A DNA stretch of 64,000 bases from the human T2T-CHM13v2.0 reference genome, Homo sapiens (GCF_009914755.1 NC_060928.1), one strand, 5' to 3'; counted from the stretch's first letter, positions 14,735 through 30,240 are shown. The notes: generated from the letters alone by a model not told the origin. Numbers and translations: made by a program.

Positions 14735-14921
14735 TTACCGTACCCAGAGTGTGGTACCTGGAGCAGAAACATCAGCATCACCTGAGAGCTTGATAAAAAT
14801 GCAAATTCTCTGACCCTGCCAAGACCTACTAAATCAGTCACTCTGGGCATGCGGCCCAGCAAACTGTGTTTTAATAATCCCTCTGGGTGATTCTGATAGT
14901 GCCTAGGATTTGAGAACCACT
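14735..14921. mobile_element. MER5A hAT-Charlie MITE
   Basis: catcagcatcacctgagagcttgataaaaatgcaaattctc...ggtgattctgat...tttgagaaccactg. Confidence 0.85.
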
Positions 14922-15029
14922 GCACTATGTAGCATGTTAGGCACTAGTATTGATATCAGTACAGTATCTCTAACAGTATCAGTATCAGCGTGAGTGTTAG
15001 TATTAATATTGCTATGAATGTTGCCTATG

Positions 15030-16500
15030 TTTCAAGGTACAGATGTTCTCTGGGGTATACATGCACTAGCTAAGCTTCTGGCTTGTTTCTTACAATGCCA
15101 GTGCAAGTTTAAATGGATAGGTCAATTGCCCTGTTGTTTACCAAAGTGCCTATAAAAATTTATACTCACACAGCAGAGTGTGTAAGATTTCCTGATGATT
15201 TGCATTTTCATCAGCCCCAGATAATGAAAGGCTTTTAAATTTTGTCAATCTGGTAAATGCAAAATCATATATCTTTGTGTTTCTACTTTACATGTATTTG
15301 ATGAATTATGACACTAAGTATCTTTTCAAATATGTGTATTTCCTCATTTGAGAAGTTTCTGTTCATAGCTGTCACAAGTTTTTGGCCTTTTTAAAATTAT
15401 TTATTTGTATATAACATTCATATTCAGAAAATTTATGTGATGTGAGGTTTAAATGAAAAGTGTATATAAAGAGCTTAGAATAGGGAATATGACAAGTATA
15501 ATTTAAGTGTTGATCATTTAATAATAATATTTAATATTCTAGCTTTATAAATGGGTCATTTTTATTAATTTTTATATCACATGGATATATCATGAATGTT
15601 TTTATCTGCATCTGTTGATATAACCATATTTTTCTCTTTTAATACATTAATATAACTAAGTACAATAATAGATTATCTAATGTTGAATTAACCTTGAATT
15701 TCTAGAATAAATCTTATTTGGTCACAGCATATTTTTATACAATACTGCATGTAGTTTCTTAATATTTACTTAGGATTATGTAAAACCATTAGGGTCTGGC
15801 AATTTATTGGCAGAGATCATAACTATTCATTTATTTTTAAAACAATAGAGTTATTTTGTTATTTTATCATTTCTTAATGTTTATAAATAATGAGATCACT
15901 GATTTTTTTTTACTTTCTTAGTTTTGAAAGTTTATTTACATATACACACATACCCGTACACATATTTGTATATATATGCATACATATACACACATATATC
16001 CCAATATTAAAAATTTGTTACCTAAATTTTGAAACGTATCAGGGTAAATGTTTTTCTAAATTTCCTAATCCTCACAAAGCCTGTTTATAATTTTAGTCAC
16101 CAATGCACGTATATAATTCCAGATTATTTCTTAATGCTAACTTTTCATTACTAGTCCTTTAAATTATGCTATTACTTTTTTTTCTTAAATCTCACCAAAT
16201 GATTGTCTTAATTTTCATTTTTTTGTCAGAGTACTGATACTTCTTTTGGTGATTTTTCTCATCGTTCATTTGGACTTTCACATTTTTCATTACCTTTGTT
16301 CATCTCTTTAGTTATATTGACTTCTAAATTTGGAAGTTTATTCTGTTAATTCCCTATTTCTTCTTTTTAATAGAACCTTTTAGAGCTGTATACTTCCTCC
16401 TGAGTACTGTTTTAGAAAAATTCTACAAAAATAATTTTTATATTTAAATTCTAAGTGTTTTATAATTTTTATGACATCATTATATTTAGTATACATTTCA
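15030..16500 (-). mobile_element. Ancient L1M (L1ME-like) fragments
   Basis: T-rich degenerate antisense-L1 motifs (ctaatgttgaattaaccttgaattt, cttcctcctgagtactgtttta). Confidence 0.55.
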
Positions 16501-16574
16501 AAGCATGTGTGTGTGTCTGCATGTCATGAACTACTAAATGTTGGAGTTTAAAGTCACTGCAATTTAGTGGCAGT

Positions 16575-16795
16575 AACTGGAGTGGTGAGAGGCAGGAGCC
16601 TGGAGCGAGACTGCTGGCATTGGAATCCTAACTCTCTACTCCTCAGCTGCATAACCCTGGGAAGACATTGTAAGACATTTCTCCTTTTTTGGCCTCAGTT
16701 TCATTAACTACAAAATAGAGTTGTCATGAGGTCTCAGTAAGTGTATACAAGTGCTTAGAACAGTGGTCGGCACATACTGAGTTTCATATAACTGC
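16575..16795 (+). mobile_element. MIR
   Basis: ggcctcagtttcattaactacaaaatag...aagtgcttagaacagtggtcggcacata. Confidence 0.8.
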
Positions 16796-17258
16796 TACTA
16801 TATTGTTACTTATTTTGTGTGGTCAAAAAATGTTACCTGTATGTTATTCTTTGAAACTGAAGAGACTGTTGCTTTATAATTTAGTAGTAGATCAGTTTTC
16901 ATGAATGTTTCCTGTGTGTTTATCAATGATCTAACTCTTTTTTTTTCTCCCAAACCCTGTGATTTCTCCTCTTCACATTTAGCCCATTCAAATTCAGACA
17001 CTAGGTCACCAGGCATCCGTGGGGTCCTTCTCCACCCTGTCATGTCAGTGCAGATACTGTGTTCACTCCACCCCCAGACGCACACTGTCTTATCACTGTT
17101 GCCCACTGGAGATCAATTGCCTTTACTCTGATACCAACTCATCCATGCATTTTAAATATTTACTATATTTTATCAAGCATTTTTAGGTTTGGCATGTTAG
17201 GAGGGACTTCTATGAACATGGAAAATATACGATCCAAAATATAGGAGAATGAGAACTC

Positions 17259-18559
<1,301 letters not shown>

Positions 18560-18745
18560 TGACTAACAGTGGTCATGGAGATCCCCACTTCTCTGCTTGA
18601 ATCTTTGTGCTTGTTAATAACATTCTCTAATTCTTTGCTTTATCATCTGAAAACTGAGAAAAATGTGTGCATTGCGGTGCCAAATCAAAGAATACTCTGA
18701 AAATACTTACGTAAATCATGAGCCAGAACAAACAGTCCTTTAGTT

Positions 18746-18820
18746 AATATACATATATATATGTATATATATATAAAGAGACACATATATACACATATAT
18801 GTGTATCTGTATATAGTATA
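18746..18820. repeat. (TA)n-rich simple repeat
   Basis: atatacatatatatatgtatatatatata... Confidence 0.8.
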
Positions 18821-19138
18821 GTGAAGTGGCCCATTGTGTATTGGTTTTATCCAGGGTCAGGAAAAATACATTGTTATCGGTCATATATATCAACTTAGGA
18901 CTTCAAAACATGGAAGAAAGAAAGAAATGTGGGAGGGAAGAAAGAAAGGATGGCAGAAAAAAAAGGAAGGAGGAAGACAATTAAAGAAAATTATTAATTC
19001 TGCTTCAGAACTGGATATGTTCTTATTTCTCACTAAAGAAACTGACCCAGTGTGGTAGAGATGAAAAAACTGTGGAACAGAAATTGAACATGACTTATCT
19101 AGCATCACTTAATTGGTAAGGCTTGACCTATTAGTCTA

Positions 19139-19497
19139 TGTGTCAGCTCATCTTTTGATGCTATAAGATACCTGAGACTGGGTAATTTGTAAAGATCCGA
19201 AGTTTATTGCTCAAAATTCTGGAGGCTGTAAAGTCCAAGGTCAAAGTGCCAGCAGAATGTGTCTGGTAAGGGCTGCTGTCTGCTTCCCTTGGTGCATTCT
19301 TCAGAGGTGGCAGAAGAGACAGAAAGGGAAAACTCTCTTCAAGTCCTTTTATTATATAAGGGCACCTAATGCTATTCATAAAACTGGAGCCCTCATGACT
19401 CATTCACCTCCTAAAGGCCGCCCCTCTTAATACTATTGCATTGGGGATTAAGTTTCAACATGAATTTTGGAGAGACAAAAAGCACTTGAGTCATAGA
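19139..19497 (-). mobile_element. MaLR solo LTR (MST family)
   Basis: gatacctgagactgggtaatttgtaaag...ggggattaagtttcaacatgaattttggag. Confidence 0.8.
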
Positions 19498-19639
19498 AGT
19501 CTACAAATAGGATTCACAATTGTTCCATGCAAGTGCTGGTCATCCTGAGAACTACAGGAATTAGCTGTTAAGCTAACATCTGGTGATAATTATTTTGCTT
19601 TAGTCATTGAATAAAGTATCAAAACATTTTATTTTTGTT

Positions 19640-19800
19640 AGTATTCTAGACAAACCTAAGAGGTAGATTCTATTCTTTTTATTTGACAGATGAGAAAATA
19701 GAGGCAATGAGAAGTTATGTAATTTTACCATTCTCTCCCAGCTAGTAAGTGGCAGAACCAGGATTTGAATCCAGAAAGCTGGGCTCCACAGTTCATGTTC
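19640..19800 (-). mobile_element. MIR
   Basis: acagatgagaaaatagaggc...gctagtaagtggcagaaccaggatttgaatccag. Confidence 0.75.
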
Positions 19801-20620
19801 TTATCTATTCCATCCAGGTTTACAGCTGGGAAATAGTAAAGTCAGTATCTGAGCCCAGAGAGTTTCTCTCTAGACCACACACTTAATCCCTAACCTGAAT
19901 TGCTAATGAGAATCTAACAAAACATCTCTTTATTCAACAATCATTGAATGAGATGACTTTATGCATGTATTTTTATACATTTCATATGCAAACAGAATAT
20001 TAAAAAGAAAATTAAAAATTAATAGTAGCCACAATTTATGCCACATAGTGGATGCCAAGAATTTTTCTGAAACCTTTACTTCTTTAAGCTTCAGTTTCCT
20101 CATCTATAAATTGCACACAGATTCTAATTTGTGTGAGTTATGGAATTTTAAAAAGAAAAAAAATGTAAAATATTTTTGTACAATGAAGTAATGCTAGGAA
20201 ATGAGAAATCTAGTATCCAATCCAGAATATCTGACTCCAAATTCCATTACAGTAATCACTACACTATATTTTCTAGTAGCTCCATTTCACAGCTAAAGAT
20301 GAGGATTAGAAAATAAAGTATTTTTTCCTTAGTTCACAATATAGTGTAATTAGTTGTATTAGAATTAGGTCTAACTTTGGGAATTACAATGGCCATTTTT
20401 TGGGTTTTTTTGTTTGTTTATTTGTTTGTTTTCACTCTCTGAGAGATTCTCAGAACAAAAAATTTTTTTTTTTTAAATACATTGAATTAGGCATGGGGCA
20501 AAAAGTATTTTCCAAAAAGAGTATCAGAACCCAAATAATGAGATAGATTAAAAAAAAAAAAACACGAGATGATGAGAGAGGAGACCAGGATCCTTACAAC
20601 TTGACATTTCCTATATCAGA

Positions 20621-21570
20621 TGTGGTAGGTGATGCTGTGGTGTAAATTTTTGTCTTCCCCCAACTCACATGTTGAAATGCTAACCCCTACAGTGATGGCA
20701 TTAGAAGGCGGGATCTTTTGGGAAGTGGTTAGGGAATGAGGGCTCTTCACATGTGAAGGGCATTAGTGCCCTTATAAAAGAAACCCTGGAGAACTAGCTA
20801 GCCCCTTATTCAATGTGAGGATGCTGGGAGTGAAAAAAAGCTTCACCTATGAACCAGGAAGACAGCCCTCACCAGACATCAAATCTGCCAGCATGTTAAT
20901 CTTGGACTTCCCAGCATCTAGAACTGTGGGCAATAAATGCTTGCTGTTTATAAGGCACCCAGTTTATGGTATTTTTGTTATAACGGCCCAAGAGAACTAA
21001 GACAGGCAGCCTACTAAAATGGCCCCTGCAGACCTGCACTTCCTCATATTCAAACCTTCTTTATATTCCCTTCCTAGAGCAGGGGTTTGACCTAATGACC
21101 CATTTCTAATGAGTAAAATCTAACAAAAGTAGTCAATGTAATTTCCATGATTTTGGCTATAAAAGACTGACTTCTGTCTTGCTAGCACTCTCTCTTTTGC
21201 TGGTACTCTTTCTCTCTTACTTTCTCATGTGATAATTTTGAGCTTTCATGTTGTGAAATGCTCTATGAAGAGGGTGATGTCAATACCAACAGAGGAAGGC
21301 ATCTGGCCAAGAGCTCATGAGGAAGTAAAATGCTGCCAGCAATCATCTGATTGAGCTTGGAAATTCATCCTTCTCCACTTGCACCTTCAGATGAGACTGT
21401 GGCCTTGGCCAGCACCTGGATTATAGCCTTGTAAGAGACCATGAAGCAGATACCCCAGCTAAGTCATTCCTTGATTCCTGTCTCACAGAAGCTATAATAT
21501 AATACATGCATACTGTTTTAAGCCATTGCGTTTTGGGGTAGTTGCTACACAGCAATAGATAATCAATAAA
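20621..21570 (+). mobile_element. MLT1F/G-like solo LTR, interrupted near its 5' end by MLT1A
   Basis: tgtggtagg at 20621 resumes as ggcagcctactaaaatggcccc at 21005; ends ttaagccattg...cacagcaatagataatcaata. Confidence 0.7.
20633..21004 (+). mobile_element. MLT1A-like solo LTR (nested)
   Basis: TG...CA termini; cattagtgcccttataaaaga, ccctcaccagaca, cttggacttcccagc, aataaa, gaactaagaca. Confidence 0.85.
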
Positions 21571-21788
21571 TCAAATATGTCTGGGAGTTAGCCATGATTC
21601 AGGTCTTTCTTCATCCTCCCCACCTCAGTGGCTCCAAACCCTTGTGAGAAATCAGGGTGCTGTTAAGTGCTAGAATTTCTGTTGCTGAATGTGATGGTAT
21701 TACAATACCCAGAATTTATCAATAATTACAGAATCATCCCTAATATGGGCGAGCTGGCTCTTGCACTTGTGCACCAAGCTGCTGTTGA

Positions 21789-22101
<313 letters not shown>

Positions 22102-22281
22102 CTTCCTGCAGTTTTATGTACTTGCCAGGCAAAACTCCTGAGCTTTCCAGAATTAGCTATTCATCACACTTTGCTTCTTACCACTTATCCAAGGTGTTCT
22201 GCAGCTCAGGCTTTTGTACTGTAAGACCCACTCAGCTCCATGTTTAACCTGGCAGGCATCATCCTATAGTGTTATACTCCC

Positions 22282-22645
22282 TGATAGGGTTTGGCTCTGT
22301 GTCCCCACCCAAATCTCATCTTGTAGCTCCCACAATTCCCATGTGTTGTAGGAGAGACTCCACAGGAGATGATTGAATTATGGGGGCGGGTCTTTCCCAT
22401 GCTGTTCTCATGATAGTGAATGGGTCTCGCAAGATCTGATGGTTTTAAAAATGGCAGTTGCCCTGCACAATTCTCTTTGCCTGCTGCCATCCATATAAGA
22501 TGTGACTTGCTCCTCCTTGCCTTCCGCCACGATTGTGAGGCCTCCACAGCCATGTGGAACTGTAAGTCCAATTAAACCTCTTTCTTTTGTAAATTGCCCA
22601 GTCTTGAGTATGTCTTTATCAGCAGTGTAAAAATGGACAAATACA
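22282..22645 (+). mobile_element. THE1 (THE1C-like) solo LTR
   Basis: tgatagggtttggctctgtgtccccacccaaatctc...aataca; perfect 5-bp TSD ctccc at 22277-22281 and 22646-22650. Confidence 0.93.
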
Positions 22646-24089
22646 CTCCCTTTGACCTACACCTAATTTTGCACATGGATGTATGGTAGTTGGTGCACCT
22701 ATGAAATTTTCGTATTTTACAAGGTAAGGTCTATAGTCTCAGATCCTCTCACTAATTCAGAGAGGCCCTCCATAAGCTCCCCTTGGCTGACTGAAGTGTC
22801 AGAAGACTCATCTACCTAAGGAAGTAACAGACAGAAGCTTTCACAAGCTTTAGGAAGATGCAAGGTGGCTTTTAGAGTCCCAGAGTTCTCTGATTTTTCC
22901 CAGTTTCACACAGTCTTACTAAGGTCCATTGGGGATATTTACATGCTCAAGCACTTCTTTTCCTAATGAAATTATTAAAGCCTCACTCTCCAGTTTCCTC
23001 CTGGGCCATTATCTCATATCTCTATTCTAGATTTCCAATCTCTTAACTCAATTTATAATCACATGCTAGTGCAGCCTGCAAGGAGGTTTTTTGACAGGCT
23101 TCATTTAAAATAAGCAGCTGAGATTAAAAAAAAATATGTACCACATCATTGTCATCACCATCATTAATAGATATTATTTACTAAATGTCTCCTATGATTC
23201 AGTGACTACAGGGTTTTTTCTCAACATTAAGTCTTATAGTTATCTCTTTTTTACAAATGAGGAGACAGAGACTCAGAATGGTTTTGACTCGCTCAAGAGC
23301 ACATGGCTAATTAGAGATGACGCTAAGGCTCCAGCCTCTCAAACCACTGCATATTGTGTTCCAGATATAGCAGAAGAGAGGGAAACATATGCTTGTGCAT
23401 GATTTAAAATATTCTAAAACTCGGTCTTAATTATTTCACCTGTGAAGTTCACATCACTACTCATTTTTCTAGATTTTTCTAAAGGAAGTGTGAATGATTT
23501 TGTTCTTCCTTCTCATACTTTCTAAAATGATATCTTTTGACTGCAAAAATGCTCCTTTCAACTGCAAACTGGCACATATTTCTGGTAGAGGTAGCCATAG
23601 AAATGTTCCCAAGCAGGTGAAATAGCCTTTCCAGAGTGAGGATTTTGCTCAACCAATGAAAATCTAGAAAATCAAAGCCACAATGAAAACAGCCTATAAT
23701 TAATATTGTTCATTTTTGGCACCTTGGCTTATTCAAAGCCACAATGAAATATAAATTGGAAACATTTTCCATCATGAGAAGGCCTGACACGTGAGATCAT
23801 CTTCAACAGTTCCGAAAATATCACTCAGTGTGTCACCGGAGCATCAGTGAGAACTGGAGGCTCAAGTTCCTTTTTGTTTTCTCCCAGAGGTCAGGTGCTC
23901 TCATCACACTCTTTATATGCCTCCGTTTTCAGCACTTGCCAGCGTCCTGAATCTGATGGCACCTCTGCCCTGTACTTTACCCCCGTGAGCTCCTGAAGGA
24001 CAGTCACCATGTCTGACACTTCTCTAAACTGCCAGCAGTGCCTGGTATGCAGCCATTGCTCCGGAAATGCTTCTTGAATCTATGCTTAA

Positions 24090-24440
<351 letters not shown>

Positions 24441-24580
24441 TAAAAATAACTAGTAAGTATAGTGTAAGTTGTCAGATGCTGCTTATTCAGTGCTGCCTCC
24501 CTTCATGGTCATAACTGCCCTCTGACATGGATAGTATTATGAATCCCATTTTAGAAATGAGCATCTGAAATTCAGAGAGG

Positions 24581-24640
24581 TCATGCCTCTTGCTCAAGAT
24601 CATGCCTCTTGCTCAAATTCATGCCTCTAGCTCAAGGTCA
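24581..24640. repeat. 3 x 19-bp tandem repeat inside a minus-strand MIR
   Basis: tcatgcctcttgctcaaga / tcatgcctcttgctcaaat / tcatgcctctagctcaagg. Confidence 0.9.
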
Positions 24641-26549
24641 CATGGATATTTAGTATCTGTGTTGGAGTTGGTAGCTACTTGCTACCTTGGCAGATGGCCT
24701 AAGGTTCGTTAGTCTCATGAAAACTGAGATATGAGCAGGTGATGGGGTGGCCCAAGATTTCAGGTGAGCAAATCTGTTGTTTCTATGCTTTTGTTTATAT
24801 CCTATTATCTCATCCTGCTAACAAAACATGGTCAGGGAAAGCTAGAAGCTGGATGGGAGCTCAGATTTTCTGCCTCCAAGTCTACTATCTTTTCTAAAAT
24901 AAGGCCCACCCAGTTATGATCAAACTGAAAGAAGAGAGAGAATAAATGGGAGACTTTGATGTTCATTTAATATCACACTAAAAATCTGCAACTCCATTAA
25001 AAAAATTTCCATGATACCCCAATGGAATCCCTTTTACATCCTTTAACCTAAGCCAGGGTTGAGCTTCAAAGACATTAGGGAATAGGCTTAAGGTCACATA
25101 GAGAGTAAGTGGCAGAGCAGGAGTTGAACACAAGTTTGTGATTCCAAAATTCACACTTTATTTTTCCATGAGAGCGTGATTTTTCCAAAAGGTATTTTAG
25201 AATTGGCCTTTTATTCGTGTGTGCATTTGAACGAAAAGGAACTACCATAACCAAGCCATAAATAAACAGTAAAAATAAACCCATAGTGAGTTTATTTGGC
25301 TCGCATTACAGGATGAATCACCATAAAAGATAAAGGCAAAAGCAGAAAGAGAAGCTGACCTGTGTCTCTGATTCTTTTCCTACCAGCCTCAGGTACTGAG
25401 GAGTCCTTGTGGAATTCCCCTTTGGAGTTGAGAGTTTCACAAGTTGTACAATCACAAGGAGGGCACCTGTCTCTGTAAGCATTTCTTTCTTTCTTTCTTT
25501 TATTGTTTTTATAAGCTCTTGTTACATGGTTCAGTTATTTCAAGTTTGCTGATGGCTTTGGGACCAAAATAGGCTATTCTGAAAGACACAGTGAGAGAAG
25601 CAACTAACTGGGACGTACGGCCAACAGTGAATCTGATGTGCCTTAGGGTCTGAATGTCACCTTCAACATTCCTGCTCTTGAGCTGGGTTCAGAGGGTGAA
25701 TGCTTTGCTTTTTCTGAGACTTGTATATGGCCCCTTTATTAGGATTAAAACATACAGCAAATAGCATCAATTAATTTAACTCGTAGGAGAAATTCCTTCT
25801 GTCATGTACAAAATACATGACCTTGTGCAGGTGATTCAACATCTATTTGCTTGAATGCCTCACCTGTAAATCAGAATCAATGACAGGAAGTCAGAGGTTG
25901 CTCTGGGTGTTAATGAGCTCACATGCAGCACAGCACATGGTACCAACTTGGCACTTGATCAATGCTGTTCTTTTGCATCCTGTATTATCTTATGAGTGAA
26001 CCCCAACTGTAGATTTAATAAATCCTAGAAAGCACCTCTTCCTGGTGATGTTCGTAAAGAATACACATATTTCAAATGCCATCCTCCATTCATCTGTTTG
26101 GTCAGGTCTGCTATATTGGGTGGAAATGAATTATTGAGCACCTAAAGTTAATAAAAATGAAACTTCAAAACTTAATTGGGTCATGACATACAAAACAAAG
26201 AAAAGTAAAAATTCTGTTCCATTGAAATGCCATGGAAATGATAATGATAGTAGTGATCACATTATTGCTAATAATCATAATAGTTAATAACAATAGAAAG
26301 GGAGTAAGCATCACTAAGAATATCCCACATGCTAGACATTATTATGGTCATTTGTATATGCTAATTTTCAAAATAATCTTAAGGAGTAGTTATTTTAACT
26401 ATTAGTTGAAGGCAATTGTTTTTCTCATAGGGTCTTTGAAATAAGAGAGAAATAAGCTAAAAGTGAAATCTGTGTTTATTAATCAGGTACTCTCTACACC
26501 CTTGCAAATTGCTGCTGGCAAAGCTATTGAAGATAGGGAAGACAAACAT

Positions 26550-27290
26550 ATGTCAGGGATGGGTGTCTGTCCCAGTAAAGACATACTGCTTTCAAGCCAA
26601 CCACTGACCCCAACACAACCTAGGTGCCAAGATGCAGGCTAGACTGCTCAAAGGATGGAGCCATATGAAGGACTTGAAGTCCATCTGTGCCTCTGAAAGT
26701 TCAGGCTTACAGCAACAGGAGACCTGTGGTTAGGTATGACAAGAATCCATGCTGGTATACTCAAACTATGACCTGCCTCCCTGCCACCATGGCTATCCCA
26801 ATCATGGGCCCACTTTCCAAGCACTGGGTGGCTGAGGATACAGGGGCTGGTTGCTCTTCCCTGCATGAATTGTCATGCTTACCTCGTGATTCAGAGGTTC
26901 CTCTGAGGTAGATGTTTTCTGGTGGACATTAACATGAAGAATAAACATTGATACCTATTGTTTTCATTTGTATGTGGCCATCTTCAAGTGTCTTTCCCAG
27001 AACATTTTGGCTCTAACTTTTAATATTTCTTTTTACTGGTTTCTAGTTAACTACCTAAGTCATTTTTTTTAAATCACTACTCAAGAGTCCATTATTAAAC
27101 CTATAGCTGAGTCGTTTCTTTTTCTACATAAATTTGAAAAATTCAACTTTCTGAATATGCCTCTTTAGGACAAAAAATTCATCCCCAAACAACAATAAAT
27201 TCACTGAAACAGTGCCATCTTGAAAGGTTTCATGGCTGCCAATGGCCACCCTCCGCCTTGCTCTATGCCTGTCCCTCCTAATGTCCTGTC
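26550..27290 (-). pseudogene. ERVL-class endogenous retrovirus pol remnant (RNase H end / integrase zinc-finger start)
   Basis: Minus-strand translations give HVNVHQ (RNase H HVxAH-like) and PVLGKWAHDWDSHGGR (ERVL integrase WAHExxGHGGR-like); frameshifts and stops present. Confidence 0.65.
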
Positions 27291-27399
27291 TCTCCTCACA
27301 TTATGTAAATACAATAAGTATACTCTGTCTCCTTTTTTCTCCAGTCTTTAACAATGATGATTATAGTTAACATTTGTTTATTGTTCTCACTTTTGCCAT

Positions 27400-28160
27400 C
27401 AGGCAACCAAATGTTATTCCTATTTTGGGGACAATTTCCCCCTCTTACTATGGAAGCTGAAGCAAAGTGAGATTCCTATGACGTGGCAGCCACAGCACGA
27501 CTCCATTTCATCACATCAGGATATTTCCACTAGAGGTTTTTTTTTTTTATTTTTTAAAATATTTTGAAATGGGGTCTTGCTCTGTTGCCCAGGCTAGAGT
27601 ATAGTGGTGTAATCTCAGCTCATGGCAACTTCTGCCCCCAGGTTCAAGTGATTCTCCCACTTCAGCCTCTCAAAGAGCTGGGATTACAAACGTATGCCAC
27701 CATAATTGGCTAATTTTTATATTTTTAGTAGAGATGGGGTTTCACCATGCTGGCCAGGCTGGTCTTGAACTCCTGAGCTCAAGTGATCCACCTGCCTGGA
27801 CTTCCCAAAGTGCTGGGATTACAGGTTTGAGGCACTGCACCCAGCCATCACCAGAGTTTAAATATTGAGTTGTTAGTGCAAAGAAGCATTAATACTGCAG
27901 AAATTATGTTCCATGGTTCATCCAGTAGACACAGTAATGAGGTAGTAGCACCAGTAGCAATGGTCATGACCAGTCTTTGTCTTGTAGGCATGACCTTGAT
28001 TCTGGTTGCTGTTGCCAGATCCCTTTGGTTTCTGCCCATTCTCCAAGCCTTGGTCTCTATTTTCACTTGATTCTGCCAGTGGGTACATAAATTCCAGTAA
28101 ATTCCTTTCTGTCTACATTATTTTTTCTGTTTTCCACCACCAAAACCTTAACTGAAACCA
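27400..28160 (+). mobile_element. Old ERVL LTR (LTR33-like) split by an Alu
   Basis: ggaagctgaagc...; 3' end cagtaaattcctttctg...aaaaccttaactgaaac. Confidence 0.45.
27537..27846 (-). mobile_element. Older Alu (AluSz/Jb-like)
   Basis: T-rich tail, dimeric body, ctcctgagctcaagtgatcc. Confidence 0.93.
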
Positions 28161-28288
28161 TGTCCAACCAAATTTTATTTAGACGCAAATGAATCCACCA
28201 AATGGGGGAAAAGGGTAGTTATGAATGGGTTATAGAAATCATCATAATTTAGTGGAAATGAGATTAGACTCTGAGTCAGGAGATGTTA

Positions 28289-28702
<414 letters not shown>

Positions 28703-28821
28703 CATTAATGGTAGTACAAATAAGCATCAATATTAGCGACTTCTACTGGTTTATGGCTATAACAACCTCCTTGAATCTTTAAATTCTACTATTTTCTATC
28801 TTGCCCTGCCTGTTCCTAATT

Positions 28822-29050
28822 GTGTGGTGCGGTGGCAAATGTTTAACAACTATTATTCAGTTTTCATTTCTTTGCTTCAGGAAAGAAAAAAAAAACCTGA
28901 TTGGTAGCATTTTGCCAATTTCCATCATGTAAATACTCCCACAATAGCCAATTTCAAGGTAACAATTTGACAACACTGAAAATGGGGTCAGTGGTAGATG
29001 CCCACAGTTGGTTCTCATAAATTGATATGAGTCAGCTCCAACACAAATCT
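28822..29050. mobile_element. MER63A-like hAT MITE
   Basis: gtggtgcggtggcaaatgtttaacaac...gtaaatactcccacaatagccaatttcaag...cagctccaacac. Confidence 0.75.
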
Positions 29051-29809
29051 GCATTTGACTTTGATGAAATTGATTAATCTCCTCAGACTCAGTTTCCACA
29101 CTTTCAACACCAAAGTTGATGAGGTGATCTCTAGGATTCATCCCTGGAGTGAAATAATATAATTTTATTAACTGTGAGTACAAGAATAGTGCAAAAGATG
29201 AATTAAGCATAGCATAATCTTTTTACTCAAAATATTTAGTAAGATTTGTAGATTCACTGTAAATAGAATCAGCTGTAAATATTTTTGAATGGGTATAAAA
29301 TGACAAGAAATGTACTATGATTAAATTTCTATTTTTTAAACAGAAAAAAAGAAATATGTTTCCACTTTAGAAATCCCTTTGCCAGCTTGTTGGAAGTTTG
29401 TGAAAACAGTATTTTCAGTTGACAATGTGCATCAGTGGTGGGCAAAATACCAGAAAAGAAGGTCGAGAATTGGAGATGTTACACAAAGTGAAAGACTAGA
29501 AATGCAAGCTAAAAACCCTATTTAACTCAGCTGACATCAGAAGGCTTGTCTCACACTCTAGCAAATATTTAAAGCAGTTGAGACATTATCTAAAAGAGCC
29601 AAAATAAGTTTATTTAAATGTTTGAATTACACATTCTTATTCTAATAAAATAATCTGTAGCAGCCTACCTAACTACATACTTCCCATGTTTTGCTTTTTT
29701 TGTTTCCCCTAAGAGAACTCTATTCTTGACAACTTCAGGCAGCTAAGTGCTTGGGAGAGATGGGAAAAGAGCCATCAACAGAACCTACAGTTTGGAAAGG
29801 GAGGGCTGG

Positions 29810-30240
29810 GATGAAACTAAATATTAACTGGTGTAAGCCAAACTTGGGAATTTCCATTCCCTCTACCACCAATTAATTTGGGAATGGTTACCAATGGCTG
29901 ACAAAGGAGATGTGGGGAAAGTCATTAAAAAGATTCTAGGAAAGTTTTCTTCACCTTTAAAAAGGGCTAGAGGAAAATAGCATTTCCTTATGATCTGAAA
30001 GCTGTCTTTACTTGCTGCTTGGAACTATGGCAGCCATTGGGAACAAAAGAGAGACCAGGCCAAGATGAAAACCAATGCAGTACAGATGACAAAGCAGAAA
30101 GATACAAAGAACCTGCCTTTTTGATGATGTCACAGAGCCACCAAATTAACTAATCTTGAAACTACTCTACTTTGGGCTCATTTGTTATGTGAGATAATTT
30201 TTTTTTTCTAAGCCACTTTAGTTGTCTAAACATTCATATG
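29810..30240 (+). mobile_element. Old MaLR LTR (MLT1J/K-like)
   Basis: tggaactatggcagccatt...gcagaaagatacaaagaacctg...gttatgtgagataa...taagccactt. Confidence 0.65.

Noticed and set aside
24581-24640. Short repeats as a CRISPR-like array
   Set aside because: Head-to-tail tandem units without unique spacers, eukaryotic context, no cas genes.
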